NCBI GenBank assembly: GCA_965649265.1
Contig: CBFGKC010000002.1
Span: forward strand, 107,100-171,099
Reading direction: 5' to 3'
Length of the DNA stretch: 64,000 bases
Source: a candidate division WOR-3 bacterium
GTDB lineage: Bacteria; Hydrothermota; Tepidihabitantia; B3-TA06
Positions within the stretch are counted from its first letter, which is position 1, and each line of letters starts with the position of its first letter. The notes beneath the pieces are model-generated. The model saw only the letters and a program-made list of their open reading frames with translations, had not been told where the DNA came from and ran no database searches. The translations under genes were made by a program, and so were the position numbers. Shown here one piece after another: positions 54,272 to 64,000 of the stretch.

Positions 54272-54311
54272 GGGTCCCCATTAAAATCGCAACGCGATTT
54301 TAATGGGTTTT
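54272..54311. repeat. GGGTCCCC-family hairpin after ptb (may act as terminator)
   Basis: CCCATTAAAATCGC-aac-GCGATTTTAATGGG. Confidence 0.7.
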
Positions 54312-54312
54312 C

Positions 54313-55203
54313 TTAACTTGCTACCGCACCCAGCGCGATTGAGTAGAGCTTGGTCTTGGCGTCGTCCGCGCGTGAGAGCATGAGCACGGGTTTCGAGGCA
54401 CCCGCGACTATTCCACACGCGTTCGCACCGCCCAGGTAGATGAGCCCCTTGGCGAACATATTTCCGGTCGCGATGTCGGGAACGATGAGGACATCTGCTG
54501 CGCCCGCGACCTTGCTCTTGACACCTTTAATCTTGACCGCTTCTTCGGAGACTGCAAGATCGAGCGCGAGAGGACCGTCTACCAGCGCACCCTTTATCTG
54601 ACCTCGCGCGGCCATCTGGGTTATTTCGGCCCATTCTACGGTCTCGGCCATCTTGGGATTCACGACCTCCACGGCGGCCATGAGCGCGACCTTGGGTTCG
54701 GCGATGCCGAGGGACTGCGCGACCGCGACCGCGTTGCAGATGATGTCCAGCTTGGTCGCGAGATCGGGACAGATGTTCATGCCGCCGTCGGATACGAGCA
54801 GCAGACGCCCCAGGTTCGCGGGTTCAACGATGGCGATGTGGGATAGCACCCTGCCCGTGCGTAACCCGCGCTCCTTATCGAGCACGGCTCCGAGAAATTT
54901 TGAAGTCTCGAGGTGCCCTTTCAGAAGGAAGTCGCCGTTAGTGCGGACTTCGTTGACGGCCACGAGTGCCGCCTCTTCGTCGGGGCAGTCGACGACTTCG
55001 AACCCGTCGAGCGCGACCCCTACCTCTGCGGCGGCCTTTTTAATCTTATCCTTCGGCCCGCAAAGTATGCCCTTAGCAATGCCTTCCTTTTGGGCTTCGG
55101 CAAGTGCCTCGAGAGTGACAGGGTCGGCGGCCGCGGCGACAACCGATCGCCGCGGCCCCAAATCACGTGCCTTTTTCTTGAGTTCCTTAAGCGACTTGAT
55201 CAT
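54313..55203 (-). CDS. ptb: Phosphate butyryltransferase/acyltransferase
   Basis: LLKGHLET, GLRTGRVLSH, DGGMNI, DGPLALDLA, VPDIATGN and SRAD. Confidence 0.9.
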   Translation of the reverse strand: MIKSLKELKKKARDLGPRRSVVAAAADPVTLEALAEAQKEGIAKGILCGPKDKIKKAAAEVGVALDGFEVVDCPDEEAALVAVNEVRTNGDFLLKGHLETSKFLGAVLDKERGLRTGRVLSHIAIVEPANLGRLLLVSDGGMNICPDLATKLDIICNAVAVAQSLGIAEPKVALMAAVEVVNPKMAETVEWAEITQMAARGQIKGALVDGPLALDLAVSEEAVKIKGVKSKVAGAADVLIVPDIATGNMFAKGLIYLGGANACGIVAGASKPVLMLSRADDAKTKLYSIALGAVAS

Positions 55204-55211
55204 CGAGCCTC

Positions 55212-58200
55212 CTAGATATTGTAGGCTTTTCTCAAGCTGTCGCGGAACTGAATGAGCCCCGGCTCATTCGGATTCTGCCTGACGATGTCGTCAAGAATGC
55301 CGATTGCCTTGCGCGGGTCCTTGAGGTAATCGAGATAGAGACGGAAGGAAATTTCGTGCCCGGGGAAGCGCCTGTTCCATGCATCAAGAAGCTCAAGCGC
55401 CTTTGTAGTGTCACGCATGGTTTCTGTGTAGAAGAGGAAAAGGCTGAGGAAAGGCTGGTAGTTCTCTCGCGTGGCTGAGGCATAGGCCTTTTTAAGTTCC
55501 TGCTCGGCGCGCAGCGTATCGCCCCTGCGAAGGAATCCCAATCCCTGCCTGATGTAGAAATCAGGACCCAGCCAGTTTTTTGCCTCGAGTTCCACGCGGT
55601 ACGTTTCGGCGTCCTGAACTTCTCCAGCCTGGCTCGCAAACATGTAGAGATTCAAAAGGAAAACCCTGCGAACCTCAGGTTCAACATCAAACTGGGCTAC
55701 CGGTTTAACGAATTCGTAGGCCTTTTTGGGGTCACCTTTCATGGCTAACTGTTCGCCTATCTCCTGCATGGCCACGCCGTAATTAATGAACAGTCCTTTT
55801 GCCTGCTCGTCCCTGCGAACCTTGGGATCCATGATAGAGCGCATCTTGAACTCTTTAGTGAAAAGCTCTACGGAACGGTTAAGGTCAATCGCGGGACGAC
55901 CGAGCATGGAATCCTCGGGAGGAGACTTACGGAATCTGTACGCAAGGCCTTCCTGGATCAGATAGGGGCCGAACTCCTGCACACGACTGGGAGAAACCGT
56001 AGTTGAGAAATAGACGGGCATGACGGTCTCCTTGTAGTCCTTGAGCACGTTGTCAATGAACATCTTCGTAGGCAGCAAGTAATCGCGAGGTATTTTCGTA
56101 GCGAAACCGGATACCGAAACCTTCTCAGAGTCGGCATAGACTTTGCCGGCGTTGGTCGCGATCATATCCCTTATCATGAGATCGGCAAGCATGATAACCT
56201 GTGAACGTCCGAGAATCACGTAAGCGGGAAGATTGTCTATCTCTCCGGAGCCGTAATTCACGACTATCGAAGCCTGGCCGTTCTGTCCCGCGGAAGGAGG
56301 GATATCCAGAGTCAGGACACCAGTCAGTGTATCCACCAGACCAATCCTGCGGCGGGATGCATCAATAAGGCGTCCATGCTTGTCGGCCTTTACCTTCTGA
56401 CCGTTGTAGGTAAACTCGAGGGTTCCCGACTTGATCGTGGGATGGGCAAGCTTGCCTGTCCAAGAGTTTGAACCCTGTGAACTCGTAAGCGTTACCCGCT
56501 CGTTTTTCGATTCGTACGCAAAGGATATGGGAGCGCCCTTGCGCGCAAGGTGCTCGATGTACCAGGGCGTATTAAGCAGTGAGAGGTTTGCGTTGATGAC
56601 TCCGTGCTTATACGGGCGCTTGCCGTTCTCGTATGCGGTGGATGGAACCTCCTGCACGAACCAGAGAGGAAACGTATCGTTATCGCCGTTCGTGAATATG
56701 ACCGAAGGCTCCTTGCATGAGGCAAGGAGGTTGAATCCGTATTCGAGCGGAATCCAGTCGCCTTGCCTTGTGAGCATGGGGAAGTTTATGAGCCCGGCTA
56801 CAAGCGCAACGCCTGCCACGACACCGCCGGTCGATCCCCCCGCGATCCGGAAGACCTTCTTGCGTTTAATTGCCTGCCTGAGAGAAGCAATAATCTCAAA
56901 CAGGCCGAAGCCCGTAAAAAGACCCCAGAAGGCGTAACTGAAAGTGTAAAAGTAATCGCGTTCTCTAACCTCCTGGGGCAGATTCGTGAATCCCTTGGGC
57001 AGGGGCCCGGAGTGCGGAAAGCGCATGTTCAAATAAATGACGAGCGCGGCGGATGAGATAAGGAAAGTGGTCAATAGAAACCAGAAGAGTTTGCGGTCCC
57101 TTTTGGCAAGCGAGTATAGACCCAGCACACCGAGTACTGTGGGTACCGACGCTATAAGTACACGAAGGATGACGGTAAATACAGGCTTTTCAGCAAGATC
57201 GCGAAGGCCCCACTGCCAGAAGAAGTATTTGAAATACATAACGAACTGCCAGAATATGCCGGCAATGGCACCGAGTCCTGTCGGTCGCCCCGTATCGGGA
57301 TCGATGACGGTCTTTCGCGGCCAGAGCTGGTTCTCGACCGTCGCCCTGCCGTACTGTTCACGATGCAGCACCGAGAGGAACCGTTTAAGGTCAACGGGAT
57401 CAACCATGTTTATGGACGGGTTCGAGTGGGCGCGAACCATCAGATAGAACTGAACAGAAAATCCGATAACGATAAGTATCGCCCCTATCGCAAAGAAAGT
57501 CATGTCGACCTTGTACTCTTTGCCGGCGTAGAAGAACGCGGCAAGGAGAATGGCCACACCAAAAAGAATGACAGGCCAAGGAAGTCTTAATGCCGCGAAA
57601 ACGATCAGCAAGGCATACGCACCAAGGAATATCCACGCAGGAGTGAAACCTCTTCTGGAGGAGCTTCTCTGGGTAAAGAAGTAGATCACGAAAAGGGCAA
57701 CGACCGCAAGTTGAGGCCAGCCAGGTTCAAAAAGCATGAAAGCCAGGCCGAGCACGCCGAGGAAGAACGTAGGCAGTAGGCGATGATTGACTACCAACAC
57801 AAACGGAATCACGGCAAAAAGCATCATGACCGGCGTAAGGTGAATGCCGGCCGCGAGAATGACCATGTAGAGCACGAGAAGCATGAGTGCGTTAGCACGG
57901 CCGTTTTGACCCAGGACCCCTGACTTTAAAGGTGCCCCAGGTGTATTTGACGACGACAATGCATGATCGGCTGCAAAAGCCTCCTGTGGTTGTATACGTT
58001 CACGCCATAGCACCGCGAGATAAACCACAGTGAAGCCGATGCATGTCGAAATGGAATAAAGTTCGGCTTCAAGTGAGTTGTCCCAGGTTGAGAAACCAAA
58101 GGTTATAAAAAGTCCGCCGACAACACCGGCGACGGTTGGAATCCATTTCTCGGTTTCTTCCGTTTTGAAGGACTTGAATCCACGCACAACCCGGCTCGTA

Positions 58201-58481
58201 AGGATGACGGCCAGAGCCGCGGCGAGCGCTCCGGTAAGAATGCTTATGAAGTTGATTCTGAAAGCTATTTCACGCGCGAACGGTATCATCGCAAAAATGC
58301 GCCCGATCATTACGTATAAGGGTGTACCCGGCGGGTGCGGCACTCCCAGGATGTGGGAGCAGGCGATGAACTCTCCGCAATCCCAGAAGGCTACCGTGGG
58401 TGAAGCGGTGACCAAATAGAGTACGAATGCAATAACAAAGACTATACCGGCTGCAAGCCAGTCTATCCGGTGTTGTTTCAT
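55212..58481 (-). CDS. DUF2723/TMEM260-like GT-C glycosyltransferase with C-terminal TPR-like region
   Basis: FWDCGEF, VPHPPG.PLY, EAELY, EVRERDYFY, FTNGDNDTFPLWFVQEV and NLSLLNTPWY. Confidence 0.9.
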   Translation of the reverse strand: MKQHRIDWLAAGIVFVIAFVLYLVTASPTVAFWDCGEFIACSHILGVPHPPGTPLYVMIGRIFAMIPFAREIAFRINFISILTGALAAALAVILTSRVVRGFKSFKTEETEKWIPTVAGVVGGLFITFGFSTWDNSLEAELYSISTCIGFTVVYLAVLWRERIQPQEAFAADHALSSSNTPGAPLKSGVLGQNGRANALMLLVLYMVILAAGIHLTPVMMLFAVIPFVLVVNHRLLPTFFLGVLGLAFMLFEPGWPQLAVVALFVIYFFTQRSSSRRGFTPAWIFLGAYALLIVFAALRLPWPVILFGVAILLAAFFYAGKEYKVDMTFFAIGAILIVIGFSVQFYLMVRAHSNPSINMVDPVDLKRFLSVLHREQYGRATVENQLWPRKTVIDPDTGRPTGLGAIAGIFWQFVMYFKYFFWQWGLRDLAEKPVFTVILRVLIASVPTVLGVLGLYSLAKRDRKLFWFLLTTFLISSAALVIYLNMRFPHSGPLPKGFTNLPQEVRERDYFYTFSYAFWGLFTGFGLFEIIASLRQAIKRKKVFRIAGGSTGGVVAGVALVAGLINFPMLTRQGDWIPLEYGFNLLASCKEPSVIFTNGDNDTFPLWFVQEVPSTAYENGKRPYKHGVINANLSLLNTPWYIEHLARKGAPISFAYESKNERVTLTSSQGSNSWTGKLAHPTIKSGTLEFTYNGQKVKADKHGRLIDASRRRIGLVDTLTGVLTLDIPPSAGQNGQASIVVNYGSGEIDNLPAYVILGRSQVIMLADLMIRDMIATNAGKVYADSEKVSVSGFATKIPRDYLLPTKMFIDNVLKDYKETVMPVYFSTTVSPSRVQEFGPYLIQEGLAYRFRKSPPEDSMLGRPAIDLNRSVELFTKEFKMRSIMDPKVRRDEQAKGLFINYGVAMQEIGEQLAMKGDPKKAYEFVKPVAQFDVEPEVRRVFLLNLYMFASQAGEVQDAETYRVELEAKNWLGPDFYIRQGLGFLRRGDTLRAEQELKKAYASATRENYQPFLSLFLFYTETMRDTTKALELLDAWNRRFPGHEISFRLYLDYLKDPRKAIGILDDIVRQNPNEPGLIQFRDSLRKAYNI

Positions 58482-59236
58482 TTCTCCTCCTTGGAGTAGA
58501 TCTTTTCAAGGTAGGTCGTAAGTTCTTTAATTTCGAGGTTCGTGTAGAGCTTTCCTTCAAGGCCTACACTTACCCCACCTGTTTCCTCACTTACTACTAT
58601 TGAGACGGCGTCTGAGGCTGAACAGATACCCAAACCTGCCCTGTGACGCATCCCGTAGTAATCTTCCACCCACGGCTCGTCGCTTACGGGAAGAATGCAA
58701 GCCGCGGCTACCACCTTTTCCCCCCTTATGATGCAGGCTCCGTCGTGAAGCGGAGAGGGGGGGGTAAAGATGGAAACGATGAGCGCGGCCGAGACCCGCG
58801 CATCAATTTTAGTACCAGTATTCGTGTACTCCCCGAGATCGATGTCGCGCTCGAAAACTATAAGCGCGCCCATCTTGCGCTTGCGCATCTCCTCAACCGC
58901 CTTCATAATCTCGGACACGGCCACCTGGCTCTCCGAGCGCACGAGGAAACGCAATAGCCTGTAGCGGCCCATTCGTGCGAGAGCGTTTCTTATCTCGGGT
59001 TGAAACAGTATCACGAACGCGATTATCCATATCGCCATGAGGGAGTTGAGAATCAGCGCGAGAGCGACCAGATTGAGCGTCCTTGCGACGAGCGTGAACA
59101 CGAAGATGAAAACCAGACCGATGAGTATCTGGAGCGCCCGCGTTCCCTTGATGAATCTCAGAAAGAGGTAGATGATTATGGCGACGACTGCAATGTCGAC
59201 GAAATCGAGAATCCCTGGACGAAGGACGTCCGTCAC
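58478..59236 (-). CDS. cdaA: Diadenylate cyclase CdaA/DacA
   Basis: Three TMs, FQPEIR, PLHDGA, GMRHRA and VSEETG. Confidence 0.95.
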   Translation of the reverse strand: MTDVLRPGILDFVDIAVVAIIIYLFLRFIKGTRALQILIGLVFIFVFTLVARTLNLVALALILNSLMAIWIIAFVILFQPEIRNALARMGRYRLLRFLVRSESQVAVSEIMKAVEEMRKRKMGALIVFERDIDLGEYTNTGTKIDARVSAALIVSIFTPPSPLHDGACIIRGEKVVAAACILPVSDEPWVEDYYGMRHRAGLGICSASDAVSIVVSEETGGVSVGLEGKLYTNLEIKELTTYLEKIYSKEEK

Positions 59237-60429
59237 CCCCCGGCCCCCTTGAGAATGAGCGAGCAGGCGTCAAGCGCTCTCCTCGTTTCCTTGACGTCGT
59301 GCACTCTGAGAATATGCGCACCCGAAAGGAAAGCAAGCACGGACGCTCCGAGCGATGCCTCGAGCCGCTCACCCACGTCGAGCCCGAGAAGCTTGCCGAG
59401 GAAGGATTTGCGCGACGCGCCTACGAGGAGCGGGCGGCCGAAGGCCTTGAGTTCGGAGAGCCTGCGGAGCGCGGCTGAGTTGTCCGAAACTCGTTTGCCG
59501 AATCCTATTCCCGGGTCGATAATGATACTTTTTAGACCAGGGTTCTTAAGATCGATTTCTGCGAGCTTAGTTGTGAAAAATTCGTAAAGCTCGGCGTTGA
59601 AATCGTCGTAATGCGGAGCGATCTGCATGGTTTCCGGCTCACCCTTGGAATGCATGAGCACATATGCGACCTTGAACTCCTCCGCGAGGGACCAGAGTTC
59701 CTGCACCTTTCCACCCGAAATGTCGTTAATTATGGACGCTCCCACTGAAAGACCGGCGCTCGCGACATCAGGTGATGTCGTATCAAGGGACCAGATGTAT
59801 TTCTTTTTCTCAAGGTGATTGAAAACAGGCTTGAGCCTTTCGAGTTGCTCGGTAGCAGGACAGGGACGCGCACCCGGTCTCGTGGACTCGGCGCCTATGT
59901 CGAGGATGTCAGCGCCCTCACCAAGCATGGTGTCGATTCTCGCCTTCGCGGCGTCGGGTTCGAGATAGAGCCCGCCGTCGGAAAAGGAATCCGGCGTAAC
60001 GTTGAGCACGCCCATAATCAGAGGGTGGTCAAAGGAGAGCGTGCCCGAAGGCAGGTCAAGCGAGGAGACAGGGGCATCGAGATTGGCCAGAAGCTTAGCT
60101 ACACCCTTCTCGAACAAGGCAAGTCCGAAGGGCTGGCCGGACATCGCAAGCGAGGTTCGCCTCAGCTGACGCTTCGTTCCCATGAACAGGGCATCGGAGC
60201 GCTCGACCTTACCGGTGATCACGTCGCGGTGAACGGCGACGTCTGCGCCGTTTGAGAGCGCGGTCTGCTTGAGGATGTTGGCGGCCGGTGTTTTGAGATC
60301 CGTTATCTTCAAGAGGAAAGAGTCGAACTTATCGAGGAATATATCGATGCAGGACTCGTCAACCGAAAGGGTACGCAGTTCCCGCTCGAGCTCCGCCTTG
60401 TCCGCCGGCTTGAGAGGCCTAAGATTCAT
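59233..60429 (-). CDS. folP: Dihydropteroate synthase with N-terminal extension
   Basis: MGVLNVTPDSFSDGG, ESTRPG, DPGIGFGK, SRKSF and RVHDV; ATGA overlap with folE. Confidence 0.95.
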   Translation of the reverse strand: MNLRPLKPADKAELERELRTLSVDESCIDIFLDKFDSFLLKITDLKTPAANILKQTALSNGADVAVHRDVITGKVERSDALFMGTKRQLRRTSLAMSGQPFGLALFEKGVAKLLANLDAPVSSLDLPSGTLSFDHPLIMGVLNVTPDSFSDGGLYLEPDAAKARIDTMLGEGADILDIGAESTRPGARPCPATEQLERLKPVFNHLEKKKYIWSLDTTSPDVASAGLSVGASIINDISGGKVQELWSLAEEFKVAYVLMHSKGEPETMQIAPHYDDFNAELYEFFTTKLAEIDLKNPGLKSIIIDPGIGFGKRVSDNSAALRRLSELKAFGRPLLVGASRKSFLGKLLGLDVGERLEASLGASVLAFLSGAHILRVHDVKETRRALDACSLILKGAGG

Positions 60430-60992
60430 CAGAGCCCGAGCCCCTTCATGAGCGAGAGCGCCTCCGCTCTCGTCTCCGCTCGTCTGAAAGCGCCCCGCAT
60501 TGCCGAGGTGAGGGTCTTCGTTCCGGGTTTCTTGACCCCGCGCATGGTCACGCACAGATGTTCGGCTTCGATGACGACCATGACGCCGAGGGGATTGAGA
60601 ACCTCGTTGAAAATGTCGGCGGTCTCAGACGTAAGGCGCTCCTGGATCTGGGGTCGCTTGGTCAGGATGTCCACGAAGCGCACGATGTCGCCGAAACCGG
60701 TTATGCGGTTCTCCCTTGGGATATAGGCAAGGTGCACCTTTCCGAAGAAGGGAAGGAGGTGATGCTCGCAGACCGAGTAGAAGGGGATGTCCTTCACGAG
60801 AATCATCTCGTCCTGGTTGGGAGCGGTATAGGTTTTAAGAACTTCGCGAGGATCGAGACCGATTCCCGAGAAAATCTCGGGAACCATGCGGGCGACCGCC
60901 TGCGGGGTATCGTTAAGGCCCGGCCTTCCGGGGTCCTCCCCCAGGGCTTTAAGAAAATCACCGACCGCTTGCTCTATCTTCTTTGGGTCCAC
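60429..60992 (-). CDS. folE: GTP cyclohydrolase I
   Basis: [21 protein letters not shown] and AEHLC.TMRGV. Confidence 0.93.
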   Translation of the reverse strand: MDPKKIEQAVGDFLKALGEDPGRPGLNDTPQAVARMVPEIFSGIGLDPREVLKTYTAPNQDEMILVKDIPFYSVCEHHLLPFFGKVHLAYIPRENRITGFGDIVRFVDILTKRPQIQERLTSETADIFNEVLNPLGVMVVIEAEHLCVTMRGVKKPGTKTLTSAMRGAFRRAETRAEALSLMKGLGL

Positions 60993-60993
60993 C

Positions 60994-62925
60994 TCAGGCC
61001 TTTCCGGGCTTGGCTTTCACTGTCTTACCTGCTGACGACGAGGGTTTTCTTGAAGAGACGGATGGCGATTTCGTTCCCAGAATTCTCGCTATGTCCTGTG
61101 CGTCCAGGGTTTCCTGCTTTATGAGTGTCTCGGCGAGGTTCTTGAGCTTGGCGAGATTGCGTTCGACTATGCCGAGCGCGCGCTTGTGCTGGGTCTCGAC
61201 TATGAGGCGAATCTCATCGTCGATGAGCTGCGCGGTCTTCTCGCTGTAGTTGCGCTGCACGCCCATCTCGCGGCCGAGGAATATCTCTGCCTCGATCCTG
61301 CCGAACGTGAGGGGCCCCAGCTTCGCGCTCATGCCCCACTCGCAAACCATCTTGCGGGCAAGAAGAGTTGCCTTCTCGAGATCGTTGGCGGCACCGGTGG
61401 AGAGGTCGCCGTATATCTTTTCCTCAGCCGCCCTGCCGCCAAGCATGAACGCTATCTGGTTCTCGCAAAATTCCTTGGGGTAGATCTTGCGCTCGTCGAT
61501 TGGCAGCGACTGCGTCACGCCCAGGGCCATGCCGCGCGGGATTATGGTGACCTTGTGAAGGGGATCCATTCCCGGAATCATGCTGGAGATGAGGGTGTGA
61601 CCGGCCTCGTGGAACGCGGTGCGGCGCTTCTCTTCGGGAGAGAGCAGAAGGCTGCGGCGCTCTGCACCCATGAGCACCTTGTCCTTGGCATCCTCAAAAT
61701 CCTGCGCGGTGACTTGCTCGCGGCTGCGCCTGGCTGCTAAAAGTGCCGCCTCGTTGACCATGTTCTCGAGATCGGCGCCGGTGAATCCCGGAGTCCCTCT
61801 CGCAAGAACGGAGAGGTCGACGTCTGAGGCAAGCGGTATCCTGCGAACCTTCACCTTGAGAATCTCCTCGCGGCCCAGAACGTCGGGCTGATCCAAAACG
61901 ACCTTGCGGTCGAACCTGCCGGGACGAAGGAGTGCGGGATCGAGTATATCCGGCCTGTTGGTGGCCGCCATGATGATGATGCCGTCCGCGCTCTGGAACC
62001 CGTCCATCTCGACTAGAAGCTGGTTCAACGTCTGCTCGCGCTCGTCGTGACCGCCGCCGAGACCGGCGCCGCGGTGGCGACCCACTGCGTCTATCTCGTC
62101 AATGAAGATGATGCAGGGCGCGTGGCGCTTGCCCTGATCGAAGAGATCGCGGACCCGGGAGGCACCCACGCCGACGAAGAGCTCGACGAAATCGGAACCG
62201 GAGATGGAGAGGAAGGGCACGCTTGCCTCGCCCGCGACCGCGCGCGCGAGAAGGGTCTTTCCCGTTCCCGGCGCCCCGACAAGCAGAACGCCCTTCGGGA
62301 TGCGTCCGCCCAGACGACTGAACTTGCGCGGCGAGCGAAGGAATTCTATCACTTCCTCGAGTTCCTCCTTGGCCTCCTTGACCCCTGCGACGTCGTCAAA
62401 GGTGACGTTGGGACGGGTCTCGGTACTAACCTTGACCCGCGACTTTCCGAACTGGAAGTTCCTCGAGGCGCCCACCTGCGACTGCCGCATTATCATGAAC
62501 CAGAAGACGAGTATAAGTACCCAGGGTACGATGGAAAGAAGGATGCTGAGCCACTGAACGCGGTTCTGCGCCCTTACCTCGACGCCTGCGGCCCTGAGGT
62601 CCTCTATGATCTTCGGGTCGTCGAAAGGAATGAGAACCTTGAAACGACCGGTCGTGACCGTGTCGCCGTTTACGTCGCGGACCTTTATTTTTCGCGAATC
62701 GGCGCGACCCGGATCGCCGAAGTAGCCGGTGATCTGCTTTTCACTAATCACGACGGTCTTTAGCTCCGCAAACATGTTTCTGAATTCCGAGTACGATATT
62801 TCGGGCGTCTGCGGACGCATGAAAAGAAGGTAATACCCTAGGGGTATTACTATGAGCAGTACGATCCAGATAAGTATCGTGCGTAAATTAACTGAACCCG
62901 CCTGCTGCGGCGGTTTATTCGCCAT
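60994..62925 (-). CDS. ftsH: ATP-dependent zinc metalloprotease FtsH
   Basis: [23 protein letters not shown] and HEAGH. Confidence 0.98.
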   Translation of the reverse strand: MANKPPQQAGSVNLRTILIWIVLLIVIPLGYYLLFMRPQTPEISYSEFRNMFAELKTVVISEKQITGYFGDPGRADSRKIKVRDVNGDTVTTGRFKVLIPFDDPKIIEDLRAAGVEVRAQNRVQWLSILLSIVPWVLILVFWFMIMRQSQVGASRNFQFGKSRVKVSTETRPNVTFDDVAGVKEAKEELEEVIEFLRSPRKFSRLGGRIPKGVLLVGAPGTGKTLLARAVAGEASVPFLSISGSDFVELFVGVGASRVRDLFDQGKRHAPCIIFIDEIDAVGRHRGAGLGGGHDEREQTLNQLLVEMDGFQSADGIIIMAATNRPDILDPALLRPGRFDRKVVLDQPDVLGREEILKVKVRRIPLASDVDLSVLARGTPGFTGADLENMVNEAALLAARRSREQVTAQDFEDAKDKVLMGAERRSLLLSPEEKRRTAFHEAGHTLISSMIPGMDPLHKVTIIPRGMALGVTQSLPIDERKIYPKEFCENQIAFMLGGRAAEEKIYGDLSTGAANDLEKATLLARKMVCEWGMSAKLGPLTFGRIEAEIFLGREMGVQRNYSEKTAQLIDDEIRLIVETQHKRALGIVERNLAKLKNLAETLIKQETLDAQDIARILGTKSPSVSSRKPSSSAGKTVKAKPGKA

Positions 62926-64000
62926 TTTCACCTCTCAAAAGAGTAATGATATTTGTATCTCGCGTCCCGGCTGTGACAGGGGCAGCGGCCGAGCGCATCA
63001 AACCTACAATCCACAACACATCCTCGTCCTCCTCCCCTGCACAGACTAGAGGCCATAACCTTCTCATCCCCCGGGGCACCTTGGCGTCGGTAAAGACCTT
63101 CTTTATCTTGCGCGGCCTAGAATGCCCGAAAGGTACAATCCTGTCACCCTCTCTCCAGGCTCTCACGACGTATGGCGGTTTTGCTAATCCCACATCAAGC
63201 GTAATCTCATCAGAGCCATAACTAATCCTGCCGCCCTCGAGCGTACGCAGGGAGAGCCGCCATCCCAGTTCTTCGATACAGACGCTTTCTCCCGAATGCA
63301 GCTTGAAAGGCTTCCAGCCCGGTCTTTCCTGTAAAGGCTCAAGCCTCAGGCGGTCGTAAGACCAAAGCAATCTCTCGGAATTTCCTCTTTGTATCTCACG
63401 AGTTCCCTTGGATGTTTCCAGAGGTACAAGTCGCCTGAGATCGCGTCCGCCTAACCACGGCACAAACCGTCGCAAAACGCGTAATTGAGTTGTAATATTA
63501 TATTGTGAAAGCTTTGAAGTGTCAAGTTCGAGCCCTTTGGAGCCGCGCACGATCACGTCCTCGTAAGCCTTTTCCGACGAGGCCCGGACGGATTCAGCTA
63601 TCCTGTCTCCGAGTTCGAGCGTTCTCGAAATGGTATCTTCGAGCGACGGGTTGAGCGCCTTCAACTCGGGAATAACACGGCGACGAACGTGGTTGCGGTC
63701 GTAGGACTCGTCGAGGTTGGAGGAGTCTTCCCTGAAGGTGAGCCTTTCCTTTTTGAGGTAAACGATAACCTCCTCCCTTGTGCACCGGATGAGCGGCCGG
63801 ATGAAGGCCCCCCTCCTTGCAGGAATACCCCACAGCATAGGTTCCGCCCTTCCGCGGACAAGGGATAAGAGGAGCCATTCGACGTTGTCGGAAGCGGTGT
63901 GGCCGAGCGCGGCCAGGTCGTAACGTTCTGACTCGAGGAGTCTCTCCAATCCGGAGTACCGCAGCTTGCGGCCGGCCATCTCGAATGAGATTCCCTCAGA
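62915..64000 (-). CDS. tilS: tRNA(Ile)-lysidine synthetase, 5'-truncated by the window
   Basis: RKLRY, LGHTASD..E, IRPL, EDSSN, RN..R and C-terminal WREGDRI..KIKKVF; upstream of ftsH. Confidence 0.92.
   Translation of the reverse strand, partial: SEGISFEMAGRKLRYSGLERLLESERYDLAALGHTASDNVEWLLLSLVRGRAEPMLWGIPARRGAFIRPLIRCTREEVIVYLKKERLTFREDSSNLDESYDRNHVRRRVIPELKALNPSLEDTISRTLELGDRIAESVRASSEKAYEDVIVRGSKGLELDTSKLSQYNITTQLRVLRRFVPWLGGRDLRRLVPLETSKGTREIQRGNSERLLWSYDRLRLEPLQERPGWKPFKLHSGESVCIEELGWRLSLRTLEGGRISYGSDEITLDVGLAKPPYVVRAWREGDRIVPFGHSRPRKIKKVFTDAKVPRGMRRLWPLVCAGEEDEDVLWIVGLMRSAAAPVTAGTRDTNIITLLRGENGE

Overview
Bacterial chromosomal DNA, moderately GC-rich, from what looks like a diderm anaerobic fermenter. 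It has outer-membrane beta-barrels, T9SS/FlgD-type C-terminal sorting domains, NfnAB, HdrBC and Ptb; by inference it belongs to an FCB-adjacent candidate lineage such as WOR-3/TA06. I found no rRNA, tRNA or CRISPR array. Housekeeping blocks are tilS-ftsH-folE-folP-cdaA-DUF2723-ptb, phoH-pgpH-ybeY-CNNM x2, tldD-pmbA, nfnAB and asd. Main points of interest: (1) A DNA methyltransferase/Mrr-type gene at 8.6-10.8 kb, missed by the ORF track, has had its middle replaced by a REP-bounded unit carrying a RAYT (HUH/Y1) transposase and a promoterless cargo gene in a cassette-like layout. A second copy of the gene's C-terminal tail and two other palindrome families lie downstream. (2) An operon flxA-hdrC-hdrB-AhpD-tusA-dsrE2-dsrEFH-lipoyl carrier links a canonical HdrBC to a sulfur relay and an LbpA/GcvH protein. 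(3) There are three promoter-driven, essentially ORF-less candidate sRNAs, including a sigma54-driven GGA-rich RNA and an anti-Shine-Dalgarno RNA. (4) Promoters across the window mostly follow TTGACN-16bp-TANNNT, and many genes appear leaderless. (5) Other items are a pseudo-nucleotidyltransferase/4xTPM/LemA locus, tandem lspA paralogues, a Braun-like lipoprotein plus LysM pair, and several families of short intergenic repeats. All calls come from reading motifs by eye; no searches were run.
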